A stretch of 64,000 bases of DNA from Sphaerodactylus townsendi. Lineage: Eukaryota. Of the stretch, positions 1-13,693 are shown piece after piece. The position numbers and the translations under genes are program-made. Under the pieces are notes generated by a model. The model did no database searches. It saw only the letters and a program-made list of their open reading frames with translations, and was not told the DNA's origin. The stretch spans positions 88,846,001-88,910,000 of the forward strand of contig NC_059434.1 in assembly GCF_021028975.2 (NCBI RefSeq). Direction: 5' to 3'. Every line of letters begins with the position of its first letter. Positions within the stretch are counted from its first letter, which is position 1.

Positions 1-3000
1 CAGCTGCAGAATAAAGGCTGAGCTCCACACAAAACCGCAGTGGCACTCTGGAGACAAGCTCCTCCTGCAGGTGTGTGAGCCCACAAGTGAGTGAGGGCAT
101 GCAGGGTACCCCTGTGCCCATCTGCAGGCAGTTCTTGGGGCAGGGGAGGGTCTCAAGACTCCCCCTCCCCCAGCCAAGCCCGCCCTCTTTGCTGAAGCTC
201 CAAGCAACTGGCGCTGACAAGCAGCCCTCCCCTTCCCTCCTAAGGCCCCGGAGGCAGGAGGGGGGAGGGGGGCTCAGGTTACCCCCATGCCTGCAGCTTG
301 GAGGCTCCAGCCATTAGCAGCCCTGAGCATGACGGGGTGGGGGGGCGGGGGGAGTGATGGGCTTGATATCAAAGGGATGCCCCCTCCTTCCCTTTTCCTT
401 CCCCTCCACTCAGGCAAGCTCCTTGTGCCTCTGTTCACCAGCCCCCTCCCACTATTTTTCATGCGTGGCGGGGGGGGGCAAGAAGCCCCACTTGGCCCCG
501 ATCTCTCAAGGACAGAAGGGCCCAGGAAAGTTGACCTTTAGGACCTGCTCTCACTGTCCGGGCTCATGGACTTGGTGATGACAGAGGCACCCTCTGAGCA
601 TGTTCAGAGTGCAAGGACTCCAAGGCAGAGGCAGGGCGAGGGGACAACCAGAAGTAGGCGTGACCAGCACCAGCCTAAGGTCTACTTGGCCACCTGTGCC
701 CCACTCTGTGAGGCTGAGGAAGGGCCCCAAAGCTGCTGAGTGGGGCTAGCTTTCCGTCCTGCCCCCCAGCTGTGGGGCAGGCAGAAGTATCACAACAGGG
801 GAATGGCGGGGGGGGGGGGTGTCGCTGTGGGGTAGAGACATGGTAGAGCAAGTCATTCCCAAAATGCTGAGACGGTCCCAGACCTTTGGCTGGAGAGCCA
901 CGCTTTGGAGACCCTCCGCCCACCCTCCCGGCCCGTAGGAGGGGCCATTCTGTGGAAGCCCCCACCCGCCACTCCTGGCAGCCAAGTGCAAATATGTAGC
1001 TGGGCGGGCCTGGTGACTTTTTATGCAAGGAAAGGAAAGCACTCTGCACTTCCTCAGGAGCTGCTCTACACCCTGCCAATCACCTGTTTGCAGTCTTGAT
1101 GCAGGCTCAGAGATCACACTCTGCTGTCTTTGGAGCCCCGGCTGGGTGGCAACTGAGCAGGCTGTAGGGCGGTAGACAGGGAGGGGGAAGGGAGGGCTTT
1201 GCTCTCTGACCCTGTGGCCCCCTTCGCCCCATCCTGAGCACGGCCTGTGGGGATGCACTGTGACCCCCCCCCCCGCCAGTCCACAGGCCAGCTGCTGCCA
1301 GCTCTGGCGGGGGTGGGGGTGGTGAGAAATCACCAACAGCTGGAAGTGGAGAGAAAGCCGGGCCAGAGTAACCAGATCCCCCCACGGCGGCACTTGGGTG
1401 GGGGTTCGGGGTCAGTGGCAGCCAGCTTGCTCAGGGGTTAAGCACAGGGCATCAGGATGGTTAACTATCTGCCAGTGCCCTGTAAATCTTCAGCTGACGC
1501 ACCCGACACACACACACAGAGGGCCAGCAGCACAGTGACAACAGGCCAGTCTGTTGGGAAAAGCCCAGCTCTGCACAGGGCGGGCATGCTGAAGAACCCT
1601 TTACAAATCACCCAAGGACCCTGTTGCAAAACACACACACACTCACACACACACGCACACGCACACTCACACACACAAGAAAGAATGGGAGGAGGCCAGG
1701 AGGGGCAGCCTTTGAGCTGAAGGCCAAGAGAAGGAGTCCCAGAACACGGAAGGAAGGAAGGATTCCATCCCCTACCTCATGTCTGGAACAAAAGCAGAAG
1801 AGGAAGATGGACAAAGGTGGAAACCAGGAGGCTGCCAACTAGGAAAGGGAAGGAGCGGGGCGGGGCGGGGGGTAGTGCCAGCTGCCAGCAGACGGAGGGA
1901 AGGCGCTCCATCCTGTGCCGCCACCCTGTCAACATGCCAGCAGTCGGAGAAGCCAGAAAACAGGAGACAAGAGAGAGACCTGGTCCAGCTTGAGTGGCTC
2001 CTCCTTGCAGGGCAAAGGGCAGGGCAGGCTCTTCTGGAGGTGACTGGGTGGGTTCCCAAAGCCCAAAGGAGGGGGTCGTGGGGGAGGAGGATGCGGGGAA
2101 CCACGGCGTGGTCACTTGGCCCTGTCTGGAAAGGCACTACTGCAGGCACAAAGAGAACTCCCTGCCCCAGAGATGTGCTGGCGTGGGGTGGGGGAGATCC
2201 TCCGTTCAGCCTCCAGCATCTCCAGCGAAGGGGCTGGGAGATTCCTGCAGAGTCTGCCATGAAGGCAGGACTGGGACAGGCAGACCAAATGGGCAGAATT
2301 AGGAGCAGGCCACTGCCTGGTGTTCAAAGCAGGCTGCTGAGTGGAAGCCATGCAGCAGGGGGGGGGAGACGGGACTGGGGTGGGGGTGGGGCTCAGCATG
2401 TTCAGAGGGCAAACCACGCCTGCCACAGGGCAAGGCTGGTATTTCCACGCCTGCCTCCTGGGTCCAATGGTGAGACTTAGTGGCCCAGGGATGAGGTGGC
2501 GCTGAAGCACAGGGGTGGGCGGAGCTCCGCCCTTTGCCCCGTTTGGTCCACCCGGCAGGGAAGACTCTTTCCTTCTGGTCCTTTCAGCCGGCCTCATTCA
2601 GGGCGGTAAAAGGGGGCAGACATGGAGAAGTGGCCGTGCAATGAGCCCAGTCCAGGGAGCATCCCTTCTTCTGCTGGGTGTGTGTGTGTGTGCTCTGCGT
2701 GCACGTGAGCCACTGAAAGCCACCTGGCCGGCTACTGCGGGAAACAGGATGCAGCATCAGCGTCCGGAGCCACCATGGGAAGATTCTTCCGACGACGTTT
2801 GGTTTGAGCTCACCCCAGGAAAGGCGGCAGCAGCTGGGATGGCTGAAGAGAGGCTGCCACGATGGAGCAGGAGCCCGGAAGCCGCAGGCGGGCGGGCAGG
2901 AGTGAGGCGGGGCTGGGGCCGAGTGTGGACGGAGGCACCGCCAGAACAGGGCAGCCTGCTCAGGGGGTCTCCCCAGAGCCACAACCAGCCTGCCCGTTGT

Positions 3001-5129
3001 TTCAGCTCTGGGATGTGGAAGGCTGGGTGCTCCTGTCCACTTCTGAAACATCCGGGGGCGCTGCTGGGAGGAATGACCCGTCTGGAATGCCAGTCATGCC
3101 TGGCCCAGCTGCTCCAGCTGCCCTCCATAAAGGCACATGGCCCAGCCTGCTTGCTGTGCAGCCAATGGGTAGCGCCAGAGGGAAGCGAGGGCGGGGCCTC
3201 AGCTGTGAGTCCAGAGGCAGCCCCAGGGCCTCGACCCTCTCACCTGTCCCACCTCTGCAGTGGGAAGCAACAGGCTGTCCCCACCCTCTGCCCCCCCCAG
3301 TCACGCAGCGGAGTGCGGGTCACACCCCTTCTGGAGCTGCTCCGCTGGTGACTGGCTTCAGTTCCAGGCTGTGGCAGCGCCTGCAGAGCCCTTCGTGGCC
3401 TTGGAGGGGCAGCAGGGCAACCCCGTCGTCCCGCTCGCTCACCTGAGCCAGGTGCTGCCTGCCTGTCGGTGGGTCCGCTTGTGCTGCCCGGTCTGATGCG
3501 AGTCTCACTGAGGAAAGCCGACTAGAAATGTCCTCCCCTGGATCCGGCCCTGCCCGTCCGCACACACCCTTTGCTGAGGCTCTGGCCCAGCACCTGCCAG
3601 GGCGTGTCCCAGCCTCGTGTTCACGGCATCCTTTTCTATCTTTGCGCTGTCAAGCCATTATTTATGTACTTCTGGGTCTTGTATGCCCCCCCTCCTGAAG
3701 GTGCTCAGGGCGGCTCACAACATTTCCATAATATGTGACCAAAATCATTTAAAATGTTACCAATATGAATATGTTTCAAACCAACAGACATACATTTAAA
3801 AACATTTAGTAGATTATTGAAAACACAAAAAATATCAAAATGGTCTAACTTTATGGCACTGAGGAAGTTTGGTGGGGGGAAGGAGGGAGGCCAGACAGAT
3901 GGGACACTGTGGCCGCCTCAACCGTGCCCCCGATGAAACAGCCCCGGGCCCCACAGGACAGAGCGTTCCACCAGGTTGGGGCCCTGGTTGAAGCCAGGGA
4001 TCACCAGAAGACCCTTGAACCAGAGCAGGTACTCCACCAAGAGCCAAAGCAGCTGGCGAAGGACCAGCTCAACAACAGGTGAGCAGGAGACTTGCAGTGC
4101 CAGGTGCATCTTGGGAGGTTCCTTCTCGGAGGACACAGGATTGTGGGCTATTGCAACGCTTCTCTGCCTTTCCTGCCGCTAAGAACCTGGCGTCCCCATC
4201 ATACCGGTAGGAGCACAATGCCAAAACCCACATTTATGTTTACTGGAATTCGGTTATCATCCTGAGCATGTACAATGAACTCCCAGAACGTTAAAAAAAC
4301 CTGCAGCAGCACAATAGATAATCCTGGGTGGGAAGGAAGAGGCACATGGCTGGTGGGTAAGGGATGGGGGTCTTGGTGAAGAACAGCACCCCCACCTACT
4401 TCTTGCTTGCCGTAAAGGGCAAAGGTGGATAACTGGCAGCAGGTAGAGTAGGAAGGAGGTGGTGGCATGTTCCATTTGCCAGGGCCAACGGGAATGGAGA
4501 GAGTGTGAATTCTGCATTCATGGTTCCAAAACCCCCCCCCCCCCCCCCCCCCCCCCGACTTCTGCTTTGTACTGGTGACACCCGTTCCACGAGTAGATTG
4601 CCGTCTTTATTGTTCACACTACCCTTGATTTGGCTCGCTTGTCTTCTATCTTTGTAACTAATGCAAAGACAGGGCTTGCGCATCTTGTAGTATTTTCTCA
4701 TTCGGTAGCTGAATTGTATTGCATTGTTTACTGGATTTTTACACTGCCTGATGGACCTTCTTGCTGTGTTTTCAGCCGCCATGAGTCTCAGCAAGGAAAG
4801 CAAACTGCTAGAAGTTAAGGGACAAACAGGAAAAACAGGGACCCGCTGTCTCCAGGTGGGGCGAGAGGCCACAGCCCCCTCCCATTTGTCAAGGAATAGC
4901 AGTGGCAGCAGAGTACAAAATCAGAGCCCCCCTTTCCAGGAATCAGGGGTGCTAGAAGGCGACTTCCCAGTCAGACTCTGCCCAGCTACGCTGCAATAAT
5001 AAGCTAAGCTCCAAAATCCAAACTTCACGTACATCAGCTACAGTGGCCCCGCACCGCTGGCGATCGCAGGCCAGGACTGGGATTTGCGTGTGTTCGCTGA
5101 GGCTCCATGGGAAACAGACCTGTTTTGAA

Positions 5130-5897
5130 TGGCAGCTGTGAAAAAGGCAAACTCTATGCTGGGGATAATTAAGAAAGGAGTTGATAATAAAACTGCAAGG
5201 ATTGTCATGCCCTTATTTACAAGCAGTGGTGCGACCGCACTTGGAGTACTGTGTTCAGTTCTGGTCGCCACATCTCAAAAAGGATCCTGAAGAGATAGAA
5301 AAAGTGCAGAGAAGGGCAACGAGGATGACTGAGGGACTGGAGCACCTTCCTTATGAGGAGAGGCTGCAGCGTTTGGGACTCTTTAGTTTGGAGAGGAGAT
5401 GTCTGAGGGGGGATAGGATTGAAGTCTATGAAATTATGCATGGGGTAGAAAATGCCGAACGAGAGAAATTTTTCTCTCTTTCTCACAATACTAGAACCAG
5501 GGGGGCATTCATTGAAAATGCTGGGGGGAAGAATTAGGACTAATAAAAGGAAACACTTCTTCACGCAACGTGTGATTGGTGTTTGGAATATGTTGCCACA
5601 GGAGGTGGTGATGGCCACTAACCTGGACAGCTTTAAAAAGGGCTTGGACAGATTGATGGAGGAGGGGTCAGTCTATGGCTCCCAATCTTGATCCTCCTTG
5701 ATCTGAGATTGCAAATGCCTTAGCACAGACCAGGTGCTCGGGAGCAGCAGCAGCAGCAGCAGCAGAAGGCCATTGCTTTCACATCCTGCATGTGAGCTCC
5801 CAAAGGCACCTGGTGGGCCACTGAGAGTAGCAGAGTGCTGGACTAGATGGACTCTGGTCTGATCCAGCAAGGCCATTTCTTATATTCTTATGTTCTA
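5130..5897 (+). mobile_element. CR1 LINE, 5'-truncated 3' end
   Basis: ORF2 C-terminus [19 protein letters not shown]...VQRRATRM...YEERLQRLGLFSLERR followed by a CR1-type 3' UTR ending TTCTTATGTTCT. Confidence 0.9.
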
Positions 5898-6572
5898 ATA
5901 CAACCAGCCAGGGCGGGGGCCACAAGGCCCCCTCCAGAGCAGAGAGGGCTGCAGACATCTCTCAACCCCCCCCCCCCCATCATGTTCTGACAGCTGCCCA
6001 GATGGCCTCCCCACTTGCCACAACAACGCTCCTCACCAGCTATGTGCTGGGACTCCCCAAATACTCATGCACCCAAAGCCTTATGACTTGCATTATCACC
6101 CATTATCTCGAGTGAGGGAGAAGCGTGGGGGGCGGGGGCGGGGGATGGACGATGACAGGGATCATTATTTGCTCCATTATTTGCTCGCTGGAACCCTGAC
6201 ATCCAAAGGGGAGGGGGAAGGGGGGGTGGCGGAGATTAATCTGCCGAGGAAGTGCAGCAACTGCTGCTGGGTAAACAACGTGCCTCAGCTACCAGTGCAT
6301 TAAATCACTGCACAGGAAGGGGAGGGGGGACACCACCAGCTTCCCACAGGCGGAGAGCCCCCTCCCCAATCCAGGCAGGATAATGGGGACGGGACTGCCA
6401 CCTGCTGAACAGTCTGGGAAACAGCAGCCCTCTCCTGCCTTTATGGGAACCCGTGTCCTCCTGCATGGGGAGGTGGACGTGGTTGGGGGGGGGGTGTCTG
6501 TCCCCTGACGCCACGCAACAGCACGCCACAGCACTGACAAAAGAGCTGAAGGAAGCGGTGGTTTTCATTGAT

Positions 6573-6578
6573 TTTATT
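6573..6578 (-). terminator. PCGF1 polyadenylation signal AATAAA
   Basis: TTTATT on the + strand about 95 nt past the PCGF1 stop codon. Confidence 0.7.
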
Positions 6579-6673
6579 CCAAAAATAAATTCATAATGAA
6601 GCAAAGAAAGGCTTAAATTAAAGGTCCAGTGCAGGCGGGCGGGCGGGCGGGGGTGTAACTCATTCTGGGGCCC

Positions 6674-9600
6674 CTACCTCCTCTTCTCCTTCACACTGTA
6701 GTGCAGCAGCAGTGGGGCAGGCTGGAAAGCAAGCGGAGAGGTCAGGGAGGGCCCTTCTCTGAGAATGCAGCCTGTTTCGCGCCCCCCCCCCCACCGCAGG
6801 GCCCTCCAGCCGACCTTGCCAAACCAGCGGGAGAGCCAGAGCTGCTTCAGCGTCATGTGGTCCGGGAGCACCTCGTTGTCAAAGAGCACGTGCACCTGAG
6901 GAGGCAGGGGCAGGGGGCCGTCAGCCTCAGCAGCACTGCGGGGGCCCCCCTGACACTCCCCCGGCTTCTCCAGACAAGCTAGCCCCCAGGACCGCCCTCT
7001 CACTCACGTGGGGCAGGGCCAGCTCCAAGCGGCAGCACAGCACCCGGCGGAGGTGGCGGATCTGAGCCCGGACGGAGCAGCGGACATACTTGTGCTGGGG
7101 AGGGAAGCAGAAGCACTCTGCAGGCCCTGGGGATGGGGGGGGGGCGCCACCCACACCCAGGGAACTCCCAGGCCAGGGGCTCTGCGGGGGGAGGGGCTGC
7201 TGCCATCAGCTTTTGCAGACTGCCCCCCCTCAGGGCCCCTCCCATGTCGACCCGCCAGTCTTGGTTACCTGAAGGACGTGCCTGTTCTTCTCTTTCCCGG
7301 AGCTGCAGTAAGAGGGAAGGAGGGTCAGAGGAGGGGGGGGAGCCCCGAGGGCCCAGAACAGCCAGCGAGGAGGAAGAAGGGGTCCCACCCACCCCCAGGG
7401 CAAAAAAACAGCCCCGTCTCCCTCCACACAACCCCCGCGGCCACACCCCAGCCGTCCACCACAGCAGCTCCCTCTGCTTTCAGGGCTCACAGAAGCCAAC
7501 GGAGAAGAAGTGTGTGTGTGGGGGGGGGGCACCCCCTGCCCCCGTCATACTGACCCCTGCTTCTCCAGGCACAGGGAGACCTGTTCGTCGAAGCGGTAAT
7601 AGTGAGCTCGGGAGTGGTCAAAATCCGTGCAGGGCAGTCCCATGCGGTCAGAAACGGGGTCTGGGGATGAGATGAAGAGAAGAGAAGGTCAGGGCCAGAC
7701 AGGAGGGCTCTCTGGCAGCGCCTCCCCCACGCCGGCAAGCCCCAATCCATTCTCATAGGGGAAGAGTCCTGATTGCACCTTCGTTGCTGGGCTGAGTGAC
7801 CCGCTCCAGGCCTCGGGACTGGCAGAACTCCCGGATGCGCCTCTCCTCACCTGCCAAGGACAGAAGGTCAGAAACTCAGCAGGGGGCGTGGCTGGCCTCA
7901 GCCAGAAGCCAGGAGAGCCTCCCCCCTCCTGCTCAAGGGTGGGTGGGGGGCGCTGCTGAGGGACAGGCGACTGGAGGAGAGGCCCCGTGGGCTCGGCTGG
8001 CCGATGGGTGAGTCCTTGCCCCCGTGAGGGCCAAGAGAGCCTCCCTCAGCGGCAGGGCTCTTGCCCCCCTGCCCCGACACTCACTCTCCTGCAGGCCGGG
8101 CACCAGCTTGTAGACGATGTCTTGCATCACGCGGTCCAGCTTGAGGTTGAGCAGCGGCTGCGTCTCGTGGATTTTGGTGTTGCACAAGGGGCAGTATTTG
8201 TTGGTCTGCAGGCACTTCACGATGCAGCTCTTGCAGACTGCCGGACAGAGAGGCCCCGTCAGCCCTGCACCTCCTGCCCACAGATCAGCCCCCTGCCTCC
8301 CAGCCACAGGACGGGCCCAAAGAGTGCGTGGGGTGCGTGGCCATGGGGGGTGGGGGTGGCACTGGCTTTCAGAGCGGATCAGACTGACTCATGAGGGCCA
8401 GGGGCGGGGGGGGCGGGGAGAGACATGTCCCTCTGGGCCTCCAAGCACCTGGCCAGCTACTCTGGGAAGCAGGAAGAGGCCTCTGCTCAGCATGCGGAAG
8501 GTCCCCGGCTGGACCCCAGCAGCACCCCCAGGCACTGCAGTTATGGGAAAGACGCCTCTGCTGCCTCGGGCCCTGCGGAGCCTCTCCAAGCAGCCGACCT
8601 GGTCTGGTTCACTGGAAAGCAGCATCCTGTGCTCAAGGACCAGGTGGGCCCAGCTCTTCTGAGAGGAAGCCCAGAGAACTGCTGCCCCACCCCCCCACCC
8701 CCAAGACACAGCGGTGCCCAGAGGTGCGTTTTCATGCGTTTGGGGCTCAGAGGAGTTTGGGGGCCAGAACCTCTGCTCATTTTAGTCACATGTTTCCATT
8801 GGAGGACCTTTGGTTCTCAGACGGATTTTATGGGGCTCTGCTGGCCGGTTTCTCTAAGCAGCCAGATGCCGGCCAGGAGCAGCGGCACGGAGGGCACCAC
8901 GCGGGAGATCAGCTTAGCCCTCAACACTGCCTGGGGCACCTGCAGCCTGGCTGGAAATGCTTCCATTGTCCGCCCCCCCCCCCCCACCCCTGTGTCCTTC
9001 CGGGACAGCTCCTTGCTTGGACGCCACCAGGCAGCGGCCTCAGCTCCCCTCCCCCGCCCTCTGTCCAGTCACGGAGCTCCCACATGGTGTGGACTCCCCC
9101 CCCCCGCCCACCACTCACAGGTGTGGAGGCATTCCGTGATGGTTGTGGCATCGATGAAGTAGCCGGCGCAAAGGAAGCACACGATGTGTTCGTTCAGCTC
9201 CTTCATCTTCACCTTCACCTCCTCCTGCAGACAGAGACAGACTCCAAGAGACGGGCCCTGACACCCTGGTGGGGAGAAGCCTCCACCCTGACCGCCCCCC
9301 CAGGCACAGAGCAGGGGGTGGGAGGGCAGCTGCTTCTGACCACACTTCCTTCCTCTCTGAGGGCCTGAAACACAGCCCAGCACAGAGAGCTGTGTTCGAA
9401 TCCCACAGCCTCCTCAGAGCCTGTCTGTGGGCAGCCCCCCGGAACCAGAAACACTGAAACAGAGCACAGCCTTCGGCATGTCTGTTCGTATCGTGGGGTT
9501 GCGCAGCCCCCCCGCCCCCCCCCCCCATATCTCTGTCATGTCGGGGCCTGCCTCTCAGCCACAGTTGTGCCACAGTTTGCTTCATTCTGCACCTGCTGGA

Positions 9601-10296
9601 AAGGCTGAACGGATGAAACCAGCACCTGCCTACCTGGCCTCCAGGCAGTGGCGGGTCTGGACCTCGGGCCGGGCCCCCTCCTCCCGCCCCGTTCGCCCGC
9701 CTGGACAGTGGGAGCTGCGACCACCCCTCCTTCAGAGCAGCCAGGAGAACAACACAGACGCGCTCCGCTCTGCTCCCAGAAAGGGGTGGAGAAGGGAGCC
9801 CCCCCCCCCCCCGGCTTTCTTTTCCAAGGATCGTCTGCGTCGTCGCCAGCGCTGGCCAGCAGCCCCTGGCCATTTTCCTTGCGGAGATATAAGCGGAACG
9901 GCACCTTTGCCGGGCAAGGGGCGGGAGCCTTTTTGCAAGAACTCTCCCCCCCCCGCCCCCCCAAAATCGGGAGGGGGGGTGCTTCATGGCCGGGGGAGGG
10001 GAAACCCCGCCTTCTCTTCTCAGACTTGGCACGGGAGGAGCCGCGGACGCCCCACCGAGATGCGGGCTGTGTGCGTGTGGCGACCAGGGGGGGGGGACGG
10101 GCAGAGCCCCACTGCTTTGCCCCCCCCTCCCGGAACGCGGCCCGCCCCCCCCCCCCCGGCCCTCCCCTCCCCTCCCCTCGGCCTCACCTCCCCGCCTGAC
10201 CTCGTTGCGCAGCGGGTCCATCTTGTAGACGGCCTGGAGCTGGTTGCGGAGCCGCATCGCGATCGCCATCGGGCCCCCCGCAGGAGGAGATGCCAT
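6674..10296 (-). CDS. PCGF1: Polycomb group RING finger protein 1 (9 coding exons, 260 aa)
   Basis: Exons 10201-10296, 9119-9224, 8085-8237, 7779-7850, 7555-7660, 7269-7302, 7008-7094, 6815-6895, 6674-6721. All introns are GT-AG with compatible phases; total 783 nt. Translation: MASPPAGGPMAIAMRLRNQLQAVYKMDPLRNE..., C3HC4 RING (CFLC...CLHTFCKSC...CPLC), RAWUL C-terminus ending WFGKPAPLLLHYSVKEKRR*. Confidence 0.97.
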
Positions 10297-10620
10297 CTTG
10301 GGGCCGCCTCGTCCACTTCCGGGTGCGGAGGGGCCGGCCCGGACCATCGGCACTACAGCTCCCATCGTCCCTCGCGGCGCCGCGGCACGTGCCTGGCTGG
10401 CGGAGGCGCGCAGGGCAGGCTGGGAGTCGTAGTCCCTTTTCCGTGGCACGTGCCGGATTCCGCCGCGTTCCCTGCCGGCCTGGAGCGGGCGGTGCGCCGG
10501 AGCCCCGGGGGCGGCCCTTCGGTGGGCAGGCGGCGGCAGCGGCAGCGCTTCCATCCCGAGGAGAGCTGGCCTTCCGCCGGTTGAATTTCTCCAGCCGGTG
10601 CCTAGACTCGGCCCTAAAAG
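10290..10620 (-). promoter_or_regulatory. PCGF1 CpG-island promoter
   Basis: CpG-rich. YY1-type AAGATGGC overlaps the ATG and an ETS-type CCGGAAGT lies at ~10315-10322 (both on the minus strand). Confidence 0.6.
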
Positions 10621-11024
10621 CTTCCCCGCCCCCCGGGCAGCAAACAGCTAAACATTCAGTTTTTAAAAACGTTGAAAACCATCTGAAGTGCGACGGGGGC
10701 TTCAGCGGTCGTCGAGAAAAGCACCAATTAAACACCAGCAGCCCTCGAGAAACAAATACAAAAGTCTTCTTATCAGACTGCCCCAAAGCAGAGCAAAGCA
10801 GCGAGATGGACCTTGCAGAAGAGCCCGGGGGGGGGGGCGGGGGGGGGCGCGAGAGGAAGGCGCCCAAATCAGGGGGCTCCTGCGGAGAAGGCCCTGCTCC
10901 CCACTGCCTCATCTATGAAAAATGAGGGTCTCCGTTAATGATCTGAGAAGGCGAGGGTGGGAGTGGGGGTTGCATATAAGCGACCTTTAGATATTGGAAT
11001 CACCCACACTGTGAACTGAGCCCA

Positions 11025-11647
11025 GAGATATAGGATGGGTGACACCTGGCTTGACAACACTACATGTGAAAGGGATCTAGGACTCTTAGTAGACCATAAA
11101 CTGAACATGAGTCAGCAGCGTGATGTGGCAGCCAAGACAGCCAACGCGATTTTGGGCTGTATCAATAGGAGTATAGTATCTAGCTCGAGGGATGTAATTG
11201 TACCTCTCTCCATTGGTTAGACCTCACCTGGAATATTGTGTCCAGTTCTGGGCACTGCAACTCAAGAAGGATATGGACAAGCTGGAACGGGTCCAGAGGA
11301 GGGCAACCAAAATGGTGAAAGGTCTGGAGTCCATGCCCTACGAGGCGAGACTGGGGAAGCTGGGGATGTTTAGTCTGGAGAAAGAAATGTTAAGGGGTGT
11401 CATGATAGCCATGTTTAAAGATTAGAAGGGATGTCATGTTGAAGAGGGAGCAAGCTTGTTTTCTGCTGTCTCAGAGATTTGGACACAGAGTATTGGATTC
11501 AAGTATTGGAATTTCTTGACCGTCAGAGCTGTTGGACAGTGGAATGCACAACCTCAGAGAGTTGTGGAGTCTCCTTCTTTGGAGGTTTTTAAACAGAGGC
11601 TGGATGAACATAATGTGTCGAGAGTGCTTTGATGGTGTGTTCCTGAA
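11025..11647 (+). mobile_element. CR1 LINE 3' fragment (interrupted; resumes at ~13681-13695 and ~14745-14788)
   Basis: [18 protein letters not shown]...[12 protein letters not shown]...[12 protein letters not shown]. The 3' UTR resumes after two insertions and ends CCAACTCTATGATT. Confidence 0.88.
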
Positions 11648-13678
11648 AGTTTTCACCAAACGAAACAGCAAACATGTGGAAAACTCTCAAAAATATCACC
11701 GGTTACAGCAAACCACCTTCCCAAGCTGAAGGAAATCAGCAATTGGCAGACGACCTGAATGTGTTCTACTGTAGGTTTGAAAACAATCTACAGTCACCTT
11801 TCTCCACAACCTCTATCTCAGACGCACCAACAATAGCCAAACTTCCTACAACTGAACCCATTTCATTGGGTTTACAACCCCTGGTGATCTCAGAAAAGGA
11901 AGTGCAAGATCTATTTCACAGACAGAAGCCTGGAAAAGCACCAGGCCCAGACAAGATAACACCTTCTTGCTTAAAAGTCTGTGCTGTCCAATTGGCCCCC
12001 ATTTTCACCCAAATCTTCAACAAATCACTAGAGATGTGCTATGTTCCTTCCTGCTTCAAACACTCCACTACTCGTCCCAGTGCCGAAGAAGCCTTCCATC
12101 AAGGAACTTGAGCGACTACAGACCAGTTAGTTGCTCTAACATCTGTAGTTGTATGAAAACTTTGAAAGGCTAGTGATGTACCATTTGAAAACCATCACGG
12201 ATCCACTGTTGGACCCTTGCAATTTGCATACCGGAAAGCAAACAGATCGAAACCCAGACGATGCTGTTAATATGGCTTTGCACTATATCCTACAGCATTC
12301 TTGAATCGCCATGAAGACCTATGCAAAGGGTCCTCTTTTGTTGACTTTAGTTCAGCATTCAATACTATCAGACCGGACATTCTTCTAACCAAAACTAAAT
12401 CAGCTAGCAGTACCTGGAGCATATTTGTAAAGTGGGATCACAAGCTTCCTTAACAGATAGGAAACAGCAGGTGAAGCTAGGAAAAATTACATCAGACACC
12501 TGTAAAATGAGCACAGGGGCCCCCCAAGGCTGTGTGTACTTTTCACCACTTCTCTTCTCTCTGTATACCAGTGACTGCATCTCAAACGATCCATCTGTTA
12601 AAATACTGAAATTTGCAGATGATACTAACAGTGATTGGTCTCATTCGGAGACAACGATGAAACCGCATACAGACGGGAGGTTGAACAACTAGCCTCGGTG
12701 GTGCCACTGGAACAATCTAGAACTGAACACACCTTAAAACCCGTAGAAATGGTGGTAGATTTCAGGAGAAACCTCTCCCCATCCTACCTCCTCTCACAAT
12801 ACCTAGACAACACAGTGATATCAATGAGTAGAGACCTTTAAATTTCTAGGCTCCATCATATCTCATGACCTAAAAGATGGTCACCTAATATCAAAATGTC
12901 ATCAAAAAAGCACAACAAAGCAATGTTCTCTTCTAAGCCAACTCAGGAAGCTCAAACTGCCCAAGGAGCTGCTGATACAGTTCTACAGAGGAATCACTGA
13001 GTCTGTCATCTGCACCTCTATTAACTGTGTGGTTTTGGTTCTGCAAACCCAACAAGATCGACACAGACTCTCAGAGAATAATCAGAACTGCAGAAAAAAC
13101 AATTGCTGCTAACCTGCCTTCCATTGAGGACCTGTATACTGCACGGAGTCAAAAAAAAAGGGCTGTGAAAATATTTACTGACCCCTCGCATCCCTGGACA
13201 TAAACTGTTTCAACTTCTTACCCTCTAAACGTTGCTACAGGAGAGCACTGCACACCAAGACAACTAGACGTAAGTTAACAGTTTTTTCCCGAATGCCATC
13301 ATCACTCTGTTAAACAAATAATTCCCTCGATATTATGTTAAACTATTTATTATATGCTTTATTATATAATTGCACTGCACTACTTTTTTCATCATTCCTA
13401 TTACCCATCTCCTCCCACTTATGACTGTATGACTATAGCCTGTGCTGACATTTTATTTTATTTTATTTTATTTTATGATTTTACATTTTATGTTTTCATT
13501 ACTACTGATTGTTTCCTGATTGCTTACTAGACCTATATGACAATCATTAAGTGCTGTACCTTATGATTCTTGACAAATGTATTTTTCTTTTATGTACACT
13601 GAGAGCATATGCACCGGAGACAAATTCCTTGTGTGTCCAATCACACTTGGCCAATAAAGATTCTATTCTATTCTATTC
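11648..13678 (+). mobile_element. Rex1/Babar-type LINE, 5'-truncated, frameshifted RT
   Basis: WKTLKNITGY...LADDLNVFYCRFE...KAPGPDKI...LAPIFTQIFNKSL, DYRPV, TGAPQGCV, KFADDT; 3' end CACTTGGCCAATAAAG followed by an (ATTCT)n tail; short CTGAA duplication at the flanks. Confidence 0.8.
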
Positions 13679-13693
13679 TGAACTGCAGGGGGT

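Noticed and set aside
1-5100. Expected LBX2 exons
   Set aside because: No homeodomain or LBX motif in the ORFs here; the gene probably lies outside the window.
9115-10584. 479-aa (-) and 385-aa (+) ORFs over PCGF1 exon 1
   Set aside because: Only 10201-10296 is PCGF1 coding; the rest is stop-poor GC-rich intron and promoter.
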